Of a stretch of 64,000 nucleotides of DNA, positions 14,201 to 27,104 are shown piece after piece; positions within the stretch are counted from its first letter, which is position 1, and each line of letters begins with the position of its first letter. Under the pieces are notes generated by a model. That model had not been told where the DNA came from and searched no databases. It saw only the letters and a program-made list of their open reading frames with translations. The DNA is taken from positions 1,550,001-1,614,000 of the forward strand of contig CM039010.1 in assembly GCA_017499595.2 (NCBI GenBank). Reading direction: 5' to 3'. The translations under genes were made by a program, and so were the position numbers. This DNA comes from Psilocybe cubensis (Eukaryota).

Positions 14201-17103
14201 TCAAATATACATGAAAGTCTTCACGGTTTGATTATCTCAAACCTTACCTAAATGATTCAATGTATACAATGTAGAAGAGCAGAGAGACTAATATTTACTG
14301 TGCATGTTCACTGATGCCAATCAATGTATTTAATGCGCTCGTCATACGTTTGGCGAGAAACAATGTCAAGCCTGTACATCGGACTCTGACATCATTGCTC
14401 ACAGTCGTCAATGTGGTTCAGCTTCCACATTTTTCTTTCCCTCTAATCCCCTCGGATCTTTGGACAATGTCCAATCTCTTCTCGAGCACTGATCAGTGAC
14501 AAATGGATTATAGCTTTTCCAGTAAAGCCACCCTAGACACTGTTTGGCATGGTACTCGAGATATGATTGATGACGATGCGGTCATGAAAGAATACGCAGT
14601 GTCACTGTCGACTACTCGTGGTAGATCAAGTCAGGGTGAGGCGGTCCTGGAAAGCAGAAACGTGTGACGCAGCATCGCTCAGTTCTAGGTTGAAAAGGTC
14701 AGTGCGAACCTCTGGGAAAAAATCAGAAACTGTTCATAAGCCATAGGATAAGCCATAATATAAAGGAAAAAACACTATTGCAACATTCTTTTACACCAAA
14801 TCCACTCTGATTAGCGATGCTGGCGGCGTTTCGAATGCCCAAAATGGTAGGATTTCCATATATGAATAGATCATTGCCTGAAGAGGGTATAATCAAATTT
14901 GATCGACAGATAGCGGGTACGCAGCGTCTATTCCCTACTGGCCCACAAATTAGAGCAGATGGCATACTAGAGGAAAGGAGTATAAGAATAAAAGTGTATA
15001 ATCAATGACAACATGCAAACAAAAATGCGGTTAGACTTTGAGCAGTAGCCTTTAATTACGATCAGAAAATACTGACCGTTCAAGCTTCAAGGCTTCAAAG
15101 CTACAACTGTACCATCATATTATCATATCATAATCATATCATGTAATAGAGGGGTTGTAATGTTCTTCCGACATTTTGCGACGTGTCTGGGAATATGAAG
15201 TTTCACGGTTCAAGTTCACAGAAGGTGTCAGTGGTGCTTTGTCCGAGGATGCATATGCAATGCTGCAGAGTCTCCGACGACCTCGGTGCTCCTGTAGATT
15301 TACAGGGTTACCATCAGCTTAGTGTAGGGATCCAGTTTTATTGTACAATTGTGGAAGCTGGATAGATTATATGGTCACGTTCGTTCAACGTTGAACATGA
15401 TGCCCTCATTGCGATATAAGAATACTATGAAGTGTAGCGGTTTGTCTTCAAATCGTAATCGACTTGCCCTTATGATATCTGTAAGATCAATAGGTCAACG
15501 GCTGAAAATATAAAGTACCAGATGAATGCAAGACCCCCTTTTCACTTTCACAAACATTTCACAACTGCTTCAAGAATAGATGAGATTTCCAACGCCTAGG
15601 CTTCGGGGACAAGCACGGGGAGGGGTTAAAAGAAAACAAAAGAAGTTTCAGGAAATGATTGTATCCACACAACAAGCCGCACAAATTGCAACCACACCTA
15701 CCCACCCACGCAATTAATGAATTAACATTGTTCAAAGCAACTCGATCAATTCACTGTAAGCCAATCTTTTTTCCCGTCCATTATTTTTGGACATGCCGCC
15801 GGTAAATACTGTACCACGAAGTTTCGATTCGAACTGTCGAGATGTGGTGTACAAGATTCAGATGTGAAGGAAAAGAAAGATTTCGCACAGATTACAGTGC
15901 CGTTCACTTTATAGGTGTGTACCCGGTCCAGCGACAAGAATGCGGCCGAAAGTTTGAGATGAGCATATTCTTGAGAAACTTGACGTTTACATACATGCGT
16001 TTCACTGCAGTTTTTGGTTTCCGTCAAGCTAGCCCTGCTTTGTCTTTGGTGAGGGCTTCGAGTGCCAGTGCACGATGATATTTTACATCACATTTCACGA
16101 CTCACAAGATCGGTCCGAGGAGCGAGTTGCAAGTGGGGCGTAACGGCTAGCATAGCGCAGCGCAGCAAGCCAGGGCCAGGAGATATGAATGTGCAAGCTT
16201 GAAGCCCGATACGTGAAGAATAGCATTTTAGGGTTGAGAATATTAATATTCACAGCGATGGTTTGCCTGTGTGGAAAAAATGAAACTTAAACCCAAAAGA
16301 TGGCTCCACTTTAAACAGGAGAGTAACATCGCGGTTTTCTACGCGTGCCAATAGTCAGGTAGCAGAAGGACGGCAGAAGGAATGAAGAAAAATGCATCAG
16401 GTGATATCGATATTCGATACCGTGCCATTCCGTAACGGGGGCAAATTAAAGCTCTTAAAGGTTTAAAGCCTTTTCAAGCCTTGAGGCAAACCAGCCGTCA
16501 CTCGATATCGGACGACCTGTCAGCTGATATGTCGAAGAAGGCACACCGTCGCTGCTGTTCGATAGAAGCCATATTGTACACGCTGGGGAATGTTGACACA
16601 TCGTACCTACTTATCTGGTGATGTTCGACAGATGTCCTGTAAAGTAACATCCGGGGTTGTAACATATTTAACATGCGGTTTTGCATCGTGGCCGTTCGTA
16701 AATGTGAACGGATCATGAATCTGAGAGCGAAATGAAGTGGATCCATGGCTGCTCAGGTTCAAGCTCTGTGATTTATGTTGGAGTATACGGATTGCAGAAG
16801 ATGGGTTTTGCCCTTTAGCGAGATATTTTGAAGATTTGAACACCCGTTCATGTTAGATTTGTTGGTTGTTTCGAAACACATCTGAAAAAGATCCTGTTGA
16901 AGAGTGAAAAGACAGAGTTAGACATACATGGCAAAGAATGAAAGCCGCAGATGTCTCCTTGAATCAAGGAGTATAGAGACCCACAAACACAAGTACATCT
17001 TTTGACTTTTTAATTTGAATATATCGATACATCGGATAGTATGAGCATTAGTATTTTAATGGATGATACGTAATGAAATGAAGAACGCGCCAGATAACGG
17101 GAA

Positions 17104-18956
17104 TCACTCTGAATATGGGTCCGCCTCCGATTCTTCTTCCATACGATCCCTTTCTTCTTCAACATACTTCTGCATCAAGCCGACTACCTTGCGCAGATTT
17201 TGACTAAATTTGGCCGATATCGGAACTACATCCAATAGTCGCCCGTCAGGCAGCGTCATAGACGTCGTAACATACTCTTCAAGAACCCTGAGTTTCTCTT
17301 TAGCCTGTTCAACAGCGGCTGGGTCCCCGTCACTAGCCAGGAGGTCTGCTTTATTGGCAAGCACAAGCCTAGCCTTCTCGCTCATTCCGGGCTGATACTT
17401 TTCCAGCTCGTCTCGAAGTACGGAAAGCTCGTCCCAGGGCTTTTCCATGGAGAAATCTACGACGTATACAAGCGCCAGTGATCGCTCCATAGAACGCAAG
17501 AACGCATGACCCAAACCGACATTTTCTGACGCGCGAGAAATGAGTCCAGGGTTATCCGCAATGGTGAACCGGAACGTCTCGAAGACGTCAAAGTGGTGGC
17601 CTGGTTTCAGCGGAGATGTTAAGTTGGCGGGGAGCTCCTCTGTGATCTGGTTTCGCGTAGGAGACATGGCGTAGTCGCCTCGCTCGATCTTTTCTTGTTC
17701 TTCGAGTTCCTCTTTCCATGTTTCCTCGTGCACTGTTTGCCCGGAGATGGAGCCTTCGAATGTGCCGTCTTCTGCTACGCGCACGATTCCAACGACGGGG
17801 TTCAGTGTCGTGAAGGCGTATGACGCGACTTCGCTCTTCGCCCGTCCGCCTGTGAGGGCTCGAAGTAATGTGCTTTTGCCGGCGTTTGGCATCCCAACGA
17901 GGCCGATGTCGGCTAGCAGTTTTAGCTCCAGGGAGAGTGTCACTCGCTCGCCTTCGATTCCTCGCGTTGCGAATTTGGGTGAACGGTTCTCGGCAGATAC
18001 GAAGTGAGGGTTTCCTAGCCCCCCAAGGCCGCCCGAAGCAACGAGATGACCTAGGTTTTCTCGATGTCGCGTGCCAAGTGGTGCATTGACAGGTTTTTCA
18101 AAAATTTCCTCTTTGTCGAGGTCGAGGTAGATCGGTTCTTCCATAGCTTTTCTTCTGCTTTCGTACCTCCGTACCCTCTCAGAATTGTAATATGCCTCCT
18201 CCGCCTCTAAGAACGAGTCTCGTTCGATATTCACATCGTGGTGTTCAGGATAATGCACCCATCGTTTATCCCGCATTTTTTCGCGTTTCTCAGAGGGAGA
18301 CAGGCCCTGCAACGACTCTTCCTCTGACTCCCAAGCGTCCTTCGCCCGTCGCGGGTCGTCCCAAGGAAGCTGTCTAACGACTGTCCCAACAGGCACTTTT
18401 ATCACGTACGGTGCCCCGGCTTTGCCATTCTGCCACGTCCCCTGCCCGTGAGCGCCGTTTTCACCTCTGACCTTCTTGGGCACGGTGCTTAGCGTTGTGA
18501 GAGTCGAAGTTGGGAGTATGTACACGTCTCCTCCGCGCCCGCCGTCCCCTCCGGAAGGTGGACCGAAAGGTTTGAACTTTTCTCTGTGGAACGCGGCGCA
18601 GCCAGAACCTCCCGTTCCTAACCTGGGATATCAATTGTGGATCCCGGCTTGTACACAATGTACTCGGGACGGCGCACCTCCTCTAACTGTCACTATGACA
18701 TTATCGAGAAATGATTGCCCCTATTGTAGTCAATTGTCAATGATGTGTCCATAGAGAATGGGATATGGCATTCTCTGACTCCTTGTCTCCGTTTCCAGTC
18801 TGTTTTGCGTCGTCTTCGAAAGGTCTCGAGGTCATCACTTGTGTACGCGGGTGTTTCAGGTTTTTCTTGACTTGATACGTGTCGATGACAGTATGAAAAT
18901 GGATTTTGCTTCTGATGGATACAAATAGACCGTAGAAGAGGAGGGAGACGGGACAT
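17104..18956 (-). CDS. MTG2: Mitochondrial Obg/CgtA-family GTPase (MTG2-like)
   Basis: Gly-rich Obg fold (GGSGCAAFHREKFKPFGPPSGGDGGRGGDVYI), LELKLLADIGLVGMPNAGKS (G1), YAFTTLNP (G2), DNPGL (G3), NKAD (G4), ISAK (G5); Arg-rich N-terminus resembling a mitochondrial presequence. Confidence 0.93.
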
Positions 18957-19165
18957 GAAGAGAAGATACGAAATTTGGTGTACGTTGGCTTTCGCGGCGG
19001 GTCGAAAAGTGACTTGAAATTCAGAAATAAACCAGTCATGTGATCAAGGCTCCAGGTGAACGCGTGGTGGGGACGCGCGTCGCGTCGCTGACAGCCATAT
19101 GAAGAATTCCGATATACAGGATGGTGTGTCTAAGTTCAGTCAAGCTTTCGGAATTCGCAGTCTAG

Positions 19166-21589
19166 CTAATGAGGGATTCGTGCACTACTAAGTCGGTGGT
19201 CTCTCCCGTGACCCGGGCAGGCAGGTCATACTCGGGATCATATGATAACTCAGAGAGATTCGACGCAACGTCGTCCTCGTCACTATCTTCCGTCGTCAGT
19301 GTTTCATAAGAACCTGCATCTTCATCTGTCTCCTAATGACATATCAGTATTAATTTGAAGCGCATATAATGAAAAACTTACGACTGCAGAGCCCTCCGAC
19401 GTCGTAGAATCTGTTTCATAATCTACATCATGTTCTGTGCGGACTCGCTCCTGTCGTATAAATTATATGAATGACAAACTGAAAAGACAGGAGAACCTAT
19501 ATTCTAACCTTGCTGCTATACCAAATAGGTACGTCTATAGCATGTCGTTCCATGGAAATCAGAAGAAGGTCGACGTCGTAGTACACATCGCGGATGTCGA
19601 GCGTTCAAGTTACTCCAGCCGCCGCGATCTGAAGAAGTTGTATTGTAACGCTCTTGTCGATATCGTTACTCAATTTTTCCGATACTCTGGTTGTTGCTGG
19701 GATCTGTCTAGCCCAATGGTTTCCTAAAGACCACTTATGGATGACGTGTAGTGATTTAAGCGGGCGCCTACGCGGGTGAATCATATCAGATGTCGAGCCG
19801 AATATCACTGGTATATGGGTCCAAAGAAAGCCGATATCGGCGGAGAATTCAATAGTAAGGTCTAGTAGATCTGGAAGGAAGGGCTCTTGGTCATCCTGGG
19901 GAACGGTCGTGTTGCCGAAATAAGTGAACAAGATTTCTGGTTCATATTCTGTAAAATCGCTTCCCAAGAGTTCCAATTTACGGATTGAGGGCATAGCTTT
20001 CAGCGCAACTATGATATCTTCCCCGTCGCTTTGAATGTTTTTTAAGGTCAAAGATGTGAGATTGCACGTGGATTTTTTCAAAAATGAGTGAATTTGTGCA
20101 TGAGGTAGAATGGTACCCCTCGTATTCAGTTCCAAATGAGATAAGACTGGGAATTCCATTGACACGAGTATGTTTGACATGTAGCCAGTTTCACTTTCCA
20201 ATTTGAAGGATTTCATCGTTTGATTTGCTTTTAAATTGGAGGGGATGAGTTCACCGAAAGAGTTGATCAGGTTTAGTGAGCATTCGATCAGCAGTGGGCA
20301 TGCAGCCAATATGTCGAAAATTTGTTGCATCGATATAACAGCCCCTTCGAAGTGAGTAACATTTTTCCAGTCAATCGATATGGCTTCAAGAGCACATCTA
20401 TTCAGGTAAACGCGAATATTGTGAAGTTGCGTGTTGTCCAAGTGGAATACGCCACTATACTCACAATTATGGTACGAAGACCAAGGAAAGTCAGATGTCA
20501 CTCTCAGTCTCTGAAGGATCGGGGTATTTCCGCGCAAGTAAGGTAATACCGTGCGTGAACAATTGATTTCCAACTCGCGACATTGGAAAAGATGTCCATT
20601 AATGAGAGTCGCAAGAGATTTGAGTTCATCAGAGGTGGAGTGAGTACGGTCAGTTAGAGAGAGAGTTCGGTCAAAGACTTCGCGCTTCGAATATAGGAAG
20701 ATTGTCAGTGGCAGTTCGCCTGTCCTGTCGAACCAGCCTTTGACGACATCAAAATAGGATATATTATTTCGCAGAATCGGGCCTATGTTGATTGAAATTT
20801 GACTCCATAAATAGGGAGAACTCCAGGCGACATTTCTCCAAGTTCTGCACACAGCGCCAAAGGTGAATGGGGTTGTGACTGGTTTTGATTCTTGCAAACC
20901 CAGACGACTACCTATGCGCGCATTCGGCAGAGCTAACTGGAATATCATGGCTGAAACCTCAGGAGGAAATCGGCGTACTATGGGCTCGTGCACCATGTTT
21001 TTACTCTCACGCAATGCTCGATGTCGATTTAGCAATTCGTGAAGGTCCTTCTGTGCCTTGCCAATAAGTGCCTCTAAAAGGGCCATTTCCCGGCATGGAG
21101 TGCACGGTTGTCCGTCAAGCAGCAAGCAAGATCCGGGGTCATTATCAGAACATTCCTTCGGTACCGCACAGCTGGAGCATCCTGTATAGAGCATTTAGGC
21201 AGGCTGGACGGAGAATGGTCAATGCAGTGTATATATTGACAGCACAATGCCGATGGTTCATCAGTTTATATCATCTCATTAAGACTGCAGATTGAACGTG
21301 CCTGAGAACACACTGAATACTTCTAACGTAGGATGTACGCTTTCGCCGATCGAAGAAGAAACAATGTTTAAATGTAGATTGAAATTGATTGAAGAGGTGC
21401 AATGCTGACTCGGATTTATTAAGGTTCATAAATTATAACTGAGCTTAAATCTAATCGATGATCACTGGACATGCCGCACTTGAGTGACCTTTAACGTAAC
21501 GCAGTGTAACCACTACTTTCTTTTCTTTTCTAGCACATTTCTGGCGGTATGTTTTCACTTCTTGTTTGCCAAATATTTTTGTTACTGAT
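19166..21589 (-). repeat. Left arm of ~2.4-kb inverted duplication (partner 27105-29533)
   Basis: Reverse complement matches 27105-29533 through promoter, F-box CDS and 3' flank, e.g. ctaagtcggtggtctctcccgtgaccc here vs gggtcacgggagagaccaccgacttag in the partner. End points are approximate. Confidence 0.92.
19605..21194 (-). CDS. F-box-like protein with degenerate LRR/RNI-like C-terminus, copy A (truncated by an in-frame stop)
   Basis: Intronless 529-aa ORF: coiled coil, then VRRFPPEVSAMIFQLAL...FGAVCRTWRNVAWSSPYLWSQI (agaric F-box-like signature), then LxxLxL repeats. Confidence 0.85.
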   Translation of the reverse strand: MLYTGCSSCAVPKECSDNDPGSCLLLDGQPCTPCREMALLEALIGKAQKDLHELLNRHRALRESKNMVHEPIVRRFPPEVSAMIFQLALPNARIGSRLGLQESKPVTTPFTFGAVCRTWRNVAWSSPYLWSQISINIGPILRNNISYFDVVKGWFDRTGELPLTIFLYSKREVFDRTLSLTDRTHSTSDELKSLATLINGHLFQCRELEINCSRTVLPYLRGNTPILQRLRVTSDFPWSSYHNCEYSGVFHLDNTQLHNIRVYLNRCALEAISIDWKNVTHFEGAVISMQQIFDILAACPLLIECSLNLINSFGELIPSNLKANQTMKSFKLESETGYMSNILVSMEFPVLSHLELNTRGTILPHAQIHSFLKKSTCNLTSLTLKNIQSDGEDIIVALKAMPSIRKLELLGSDFTEYEPEILFTYFGNTTVPQDDQEPFLPDLLDLTIEFSADIGFLWTHIPVIFGSTSDMIHPRRRPLKSLHVIHKWSLGNHWARQIPATTRVSEKLSNDIDKSVTIQLLQIAAAGVT

Positions 21590-21793
21590 TGTAAATTGGG
21601 CTCATAGATTGCATTATTTTACAGGTATACAGGTCGTGGGATTGACTGAAACCAATGACTTTGGGAGGTTGTGCCTTTTCTCTTCCTCCCACGTGAATTA
21701 ACACCGGGTTCCGGGTGTCATCTATCGTCGATATTGCTTAAATGCCTCACTGTTGTCCCCAGAGTTCTCCTCTTTTTCTATCATCTTCGTAGA

Positions 21794-23666
21794 ATGAAGC
21801 CCAACTCGTACCCAGAACCCCCACCGTTCCAATGGGACCCATATCCTGTGCGCGTTCCACTCCCGGTCTATCCCCCTACAGAGCCTCTACCGCATCCACT
21901 GCCTTCTTTGCCTTCACCACCTCGCCAACCAAATTTCTCCGCTCCCTACACGTTAACTACCCATCTTTTTCCGGCATGCTATCTGCGCAGTACGCGCCCT
22001 GCACCAGTTCCAACGCCTCCATCACCCAGCCTGTCGAAGGATGAGAGGAAACAGTTTCTGAAGGAGACCAGGAAAGAGTTGGATCGGCTTAGAACTTTCA
22101 AAGAAACGGACGGCTATCCCAGAGTCCTGTGGAACTGTGTCAATCGATACGTTAAAAATGGGTTGAATGAAAAGCAGGCAAATGCAGGGGTTACACTTTT
22201 CTTCGCTCATGCCAATGGGTTCCCGAAAGAGGTGTGCTTTAACGTTGGAGATGCTGTGAAACCCGTTCGTTAATACGAGGTCTGTCAGATATTCGAGCCC
22301 ACGTTGGCTCATCTCCTTTCTTCTCCAGCTGCGGCTGTGATTGACGAGGTATGGGTATGGGAGTCTATCCAGCACGGCGACGCAGCACTCATTAACGCTC
22401 CCTCTGCTTCTGGTTTATGTACGTATTCCTACCCCACCATACGTCCTTTCTCTAACCATATGTTATCTACAAGTCGACTGGCAAGACAACGGACGTGACA
22501 TTTCCAACTTTCTGCTGTATTTCATGCCTTCTTCTTCTACCGCGTCGACCCTGCCCACACATCTCCCACGCGTCTCGACTGAGTGCACTGCGACACGCGC
22601 ACGGTCCGGGTTCGCGTCGCGTAATCTTATCGCAATTGGCCACTCATATGGCGGGTGCACCTCGTCAGTGCTAACTGCCCTTTTTTCTCGTGTTCATCCA
22701 ACTAACTTTCTCGTGCGTTCGATTCGTGTGGCCTTACTGTACTGAACTCCACAGTGCATTGGCGGCCATACTTTATCCAAGTCTCTTCAAGGCACTGTAT
22801 CTCATCGACCCAGTAATTCTCAGCCCGACACCTCCTCCCCCTCTTCCTGCGGGCACGACTCCTTCAGGAGACCTGGCGCTCGGTGCTTTGAGTCGAAGAG
22901 ACGGTTGGGAAAGTCGGTAAGTCGCATTCTTCAATCATACCTACCCTTCCATACACAACTGTCCACAGGGAAGAAGCCCTCGCGTCCTTTTCGCAGAACC
23001 CATTCTTCAAGGCATGGGATCCCGAAGTACTCAAGATATACATCGAGTGCGGGACACATTTTGTTGAGCAGGAGTCTGGAAAACGTACACTCAGGCTCAA
23101 GATGCCGGGTGTGCAAGAGGCGGTCGTGTTCGTGGAGGTGCATACGGAGAAAGAGGTGTTTCATTTGCTTGGGAGTGGTGGGTTCGAGGGGCTGTCGTCG
23201 TCAGAGAAAGAGGCACCAGACAGTAGCCAGAAGAAAAAGAAAACGATAGACGACATCCCGATTCGGTGGTGCGTGCCTGGTAAACCCGGGGCGCGGGAGC
23301 TGCGCGATGAGGTTGGGGGTACGCAGCAGCGTGTGTGGCTGCGGTCGATGCGCTCGCACTGGACGGGCAGAGGGCGGGGTGTACGGGATACGAATGTGAG
23401 GATTTTGGGTGGGGGGCATTTGGTGAGTTTGCATTTTGGGGCGGGTTGTAATTGATTTGTTGATATCTTGTAGATCCCGCAGGAAGCGCCAAAGGAACTT
23501 GGTATGTCCCTCTATGACCTTTCCCATTGTTAGGTGTTAAGTGGTTACTCTAGCGGATGATTTGGGAGAGTACATCCTTGAACTCAGCTCTTCTGAATAT
23601 CCTTCGTCTATCTCTCCTTCGGATACGCCACGGACACGTCAGTTCAATGTCAAGGCGAGTCTTTAG
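21794..23666 (+). CDS. Alpha/beta hydrolase (Abhydrolase_6, Lpx1-like), multi-exon
   Basis: LFFAHANGFPKE, QHGDAA, nucleophile elbow GHSYGG, LIDPVI, AWDPEVL, GGGHL|IPQE; last exon ends NVKASL* at 23666. Confidence 0.85.
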
Positions 23667-24637
23667 GTGTGCGGAGAAGCTGTTATGGTAGTCTGGTGTA
23701 TGTAAGTTGTAATCGCTGGGGCTTACGCGTTGTGGTGATGATGGAGCTCATGGTGAGTTTCTTTCTGGTCGGATATAGCGTACGGCTGACCAGGATGAAA
23801 TTGTAGCGTGTTTAACTGCAGTCGATTGTAGAATGTAAAAGTAATTGTTCAGACAATCTATTTTAGAAGCCTGTACTACAAATGGCTGTGGTGGGGGGTG
23901 TAGCGCGCGTGGCGCTTATCTAGTTAAGGCAATAGCGTGGTATAATATGTGAGATGGACTGAAAAATCTTGCAAGATTCAGAAGTCTATTCCCCAATGTT
24001 GCTCTTCGGGATAGCCCCTAGCCCCTATTTCATTCCCCACGTGGACGCGTATAAATCGAAAATTTCGAAGGCATAAATCTTGCCAGTTAATTCTTACCTT
24101 GCCACAGTCATCTTCCTGCTCTCATCACTTGGCAACGCGTATATAGTCTCATCCGGGGCTGTAGTGCTGAATTGAATTGTGAGGAGTGTTTCCTCTCAGC
24201 TCAATCGAACTGAACATAGTTGAATCTGACTCTGACCCCTTGCACTTTGACCCTGTTTTTGGGACCCCAGTGAGCTTGGGGACCTTGGGGCACTGATTTT
24301 ACATAATAGAAACAGCCTCGTGCACACCTGTATAAAAAGCGCTGTGTTTTTGTTCGTTCTTTTTCAGGTTTTTCATCCCCGCGCGCTCGACGCGTGAATT
24401 TACGAAAGGTTACAACTCGAAATCAAACCCTATCTTGGCGCTTTTCGACTTGAAGCTTGAAGCTTTACTGCTCTACTATATCTCGTCCCTTTCCCTTCAT
24501 TTCTCGTAATCAAACCATCTGTGAGTACGATCATGACTTGATTGGCTTTTTCTCTATCTGTCACCTTTTTTCGACTGCTCTAACGATACTCCACTTTCAA
24601 ATCAAATCACAGGGCCCAAAAGCCAAAAGTGCACACA

Positions 24638-26994
24638 ATGCCACCGAAAACATCATTACACTGCAACCAACACGCAGAGCATCTCAAAACGCAGGGAAAC
24701 GAGCTGTTCCAACAGGGCCAGTACAAGCCTGCGCATCGCAAGTATACTGAAGCGATCAAAGCTGATCCGGGCAATGCTATTTATTATGCGAATCGCGCTG
24801 CCTGCAATTTGGCTATGAAAGAGTGGGTTTGCATGCTTTTTTTTGGTTTTGATATGATCGTTGAATGCTTTTTTGGTAGTTATTTGGATGCGTCGTCAGA
24901 CGCGTCAAAGGCGCGTATTAAACTACCTTCTCGCTGGATTTTTGGTTCCATTACTAATACCTTGCATTCATATTCGTTTAGGCTACAGAGTTGGACCCAA
25001 ACTACGCCAAAGCATGGTCGCGACTCGCAACTGCCGCCTTCCACATGTCATCCTATCCAAAAAGTATCAACGCATGGGAGACAGCGCTCAAGTGTCTTCC
25101 CCCGGTAGAGCAATCAAGTGAGACGGACAAGAAGCTTCGTGCGCAGTTCAAGGCGGGCTTGGCGCAAGCGAAGAAAGCTGGCGAGAAACCGTTCGTGAAA
25201 GAGGAGCATACGCGTGTGTATTCAGAGGATGCGGCTAAGGAGCTGCCGTGGCATCGTGCTGCGGCTATGGAGAGTGAGATTGTTTCGCAGATGAAGATAT
25301 CTTGTGTATGTCGATTTTTTATCCGTTTCTTTTTGATGAAATTTTTATCGTGTTTTGGATGCTTGCGACATTCAGGCTATTGTGATTCTTCAAGCTTATC
25401 GAGTATGTTTGACCGCTGTAACGTCCATGATCAACCTCTGAATTATGTTCTTTTTGTCAGGAATTCAAAACTGCAGTTGAAGATATGAAGAAAATTAAAA
25501 AAATAGGCGAGGTAAACGGGAGGCCCAGGCTTTACGGAAAATCAGGAGTAAGCTTCACGTTTGGACACTGCGATATGTCACTGACTTAAATCAGACTCTG
25601 GAAGGCATTTGCAACGGGATTATGTCTGACCCTCGAGTATTCCATCTTGACTGTACAGACTGGAGTGACAAGTATAACCAGCAAGGCAAGCATTAGTTTC
25701 TATTCTGAATAAATTACAGGTTGGCTGATGGTTTTATTGTTATTTTTTCAGTGATTTTCGAAGCGTCTGCATTCAACGCCTGGCAAGACGGGGGCGCTAA
25801 AGTAGTCAAGGCTGAAGCTCCGAAACGACTCAAACGAGAAGGATGGAGCAAACTTCGTCCTGCATTATCCGTCACTGTTCGGTATGTCTCGTCTCCGAGT
25901 AACTCATGTCGACTTTTTTTACTGTGATTGGCGCTAATCTTTGCTGCTACAGGGCTTGGATTATTGCCGGGTTTGTGGGCGGATCCATTGGAAAGTACGC
26001 CGCTGCAATGGAATATCACTCTCGTGCACTGGAAGTTCTTGAATGGGGTGAACGTACATGGCAAAATGTACCTTTCACCGAGAGAGGCGTCATGTTCCGT
26101 AAAACTTTCATTCGGGCGGTGAAGCGTATGAAGCTGTCTTCTATGCACAATGTAAGCTCCTAAATTACCTTGTTTTCAAAAATTTTCCCCCAACTTAGAA
26201 GAAATGCTGATCCGCTTTTGGGTGATTGTGCATTTGCTAGTGCATTGTCAACAATGTGGAAGGTGTCGACTTTACGGTTGAAGATATGGCGGATTTGGCG
26301 CGCGACATTATCACCGACGTTGAGGCTAATCCACCCCTGCCGGAGTATCCGGGCGAACCTCTCGATCTAACCTTCACATTCGGATATTACATTTACCCCA
26401 AAGCTGCAGCTCTCTCGTACGTCATTTATTCGGTTTGCAATTTGGCTAGAAATTTGAAAATCTCACTCTCGTCGTATTTTTATAGAACCCTTGCCTGGCA
26501 CTACATGCAGCTTGGGCATAAAGCGACTACAGCCGACGACGCTCAAGCTGCGTATTCTCAATCAGCAGATTACTACATGCAAGCTGCCCAAATCTACCCA
26601 CCTGACGAGGAGCAAATGCTTATCTACTATAAAGTCGCGGTGGAGGCGTACTGGTTCTCGCCCGAAGGAAAGACGCTCGAAGAGGTTCTTCCTACCTTAA
26701 TGACGATTTACGAGCGACTGCCGCACGTCGTCAGGATATGGGAACACTCGGCGCTGGCGAGCAGTCGAGATTCACAAGTTGTTTATGCTCTTGATTTTAT
26801 GACGCGCTGCGGGGAGGCACTAGAGAGTGGAAAGATTACTAAGAAAAGCTTTGTCAGGCCAAAGGATATGGTGAGTGCGGTTTAAAGTCACTCTTCATGG
26901 CACAATGCCATTGTTTGTCTGATTTTCTGACCCCCCTGACGTTTTGCAGGAGAAGCAGTTTAAATGGAAAGCAGAGAAATATGTTTATATATGA
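24638..26994 (+). CDS. TPR-repeat protein of unknown function, multi-exon
   Basis: AEHLKTQGNELFQQGQY...YTEAIKADPGNAIYYANRAAC...LDPNYAKAWSRLA (three TPRs) followed by a helical C-terminal region; GT-AG introns link ORFs 24629, 24991, 25721, 25906 and 26256; stop at 26994. Confidence 0.85.
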
Positions 26995-27104
26995 TGATAA
27001 GCCTGAGACGAACCGAAGTCACTGTTGATTTTTGTAACTCCTCGTTGAATGATATTCTCGACTACAAATCCTATTTTACTTCTTGGTGCGGATGGGTGTT
27101 AAGT

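Noticed and set aside
15113-15142. ATCAT-type short tandem repeat
   Set aside because: Short degenerate microsatellite; no spacer structure or other sign of function. No CRISPR array, tRNA or rRNA was recognised anywhere in the window.
21794-23666. Hydrolase as the ErdH-like partner of the DUF2156 genes
   Set aside because: It lies ~35 kb away and its motifs fit Lpx1/Abhydrolase_6; nothing in the sequence links them.
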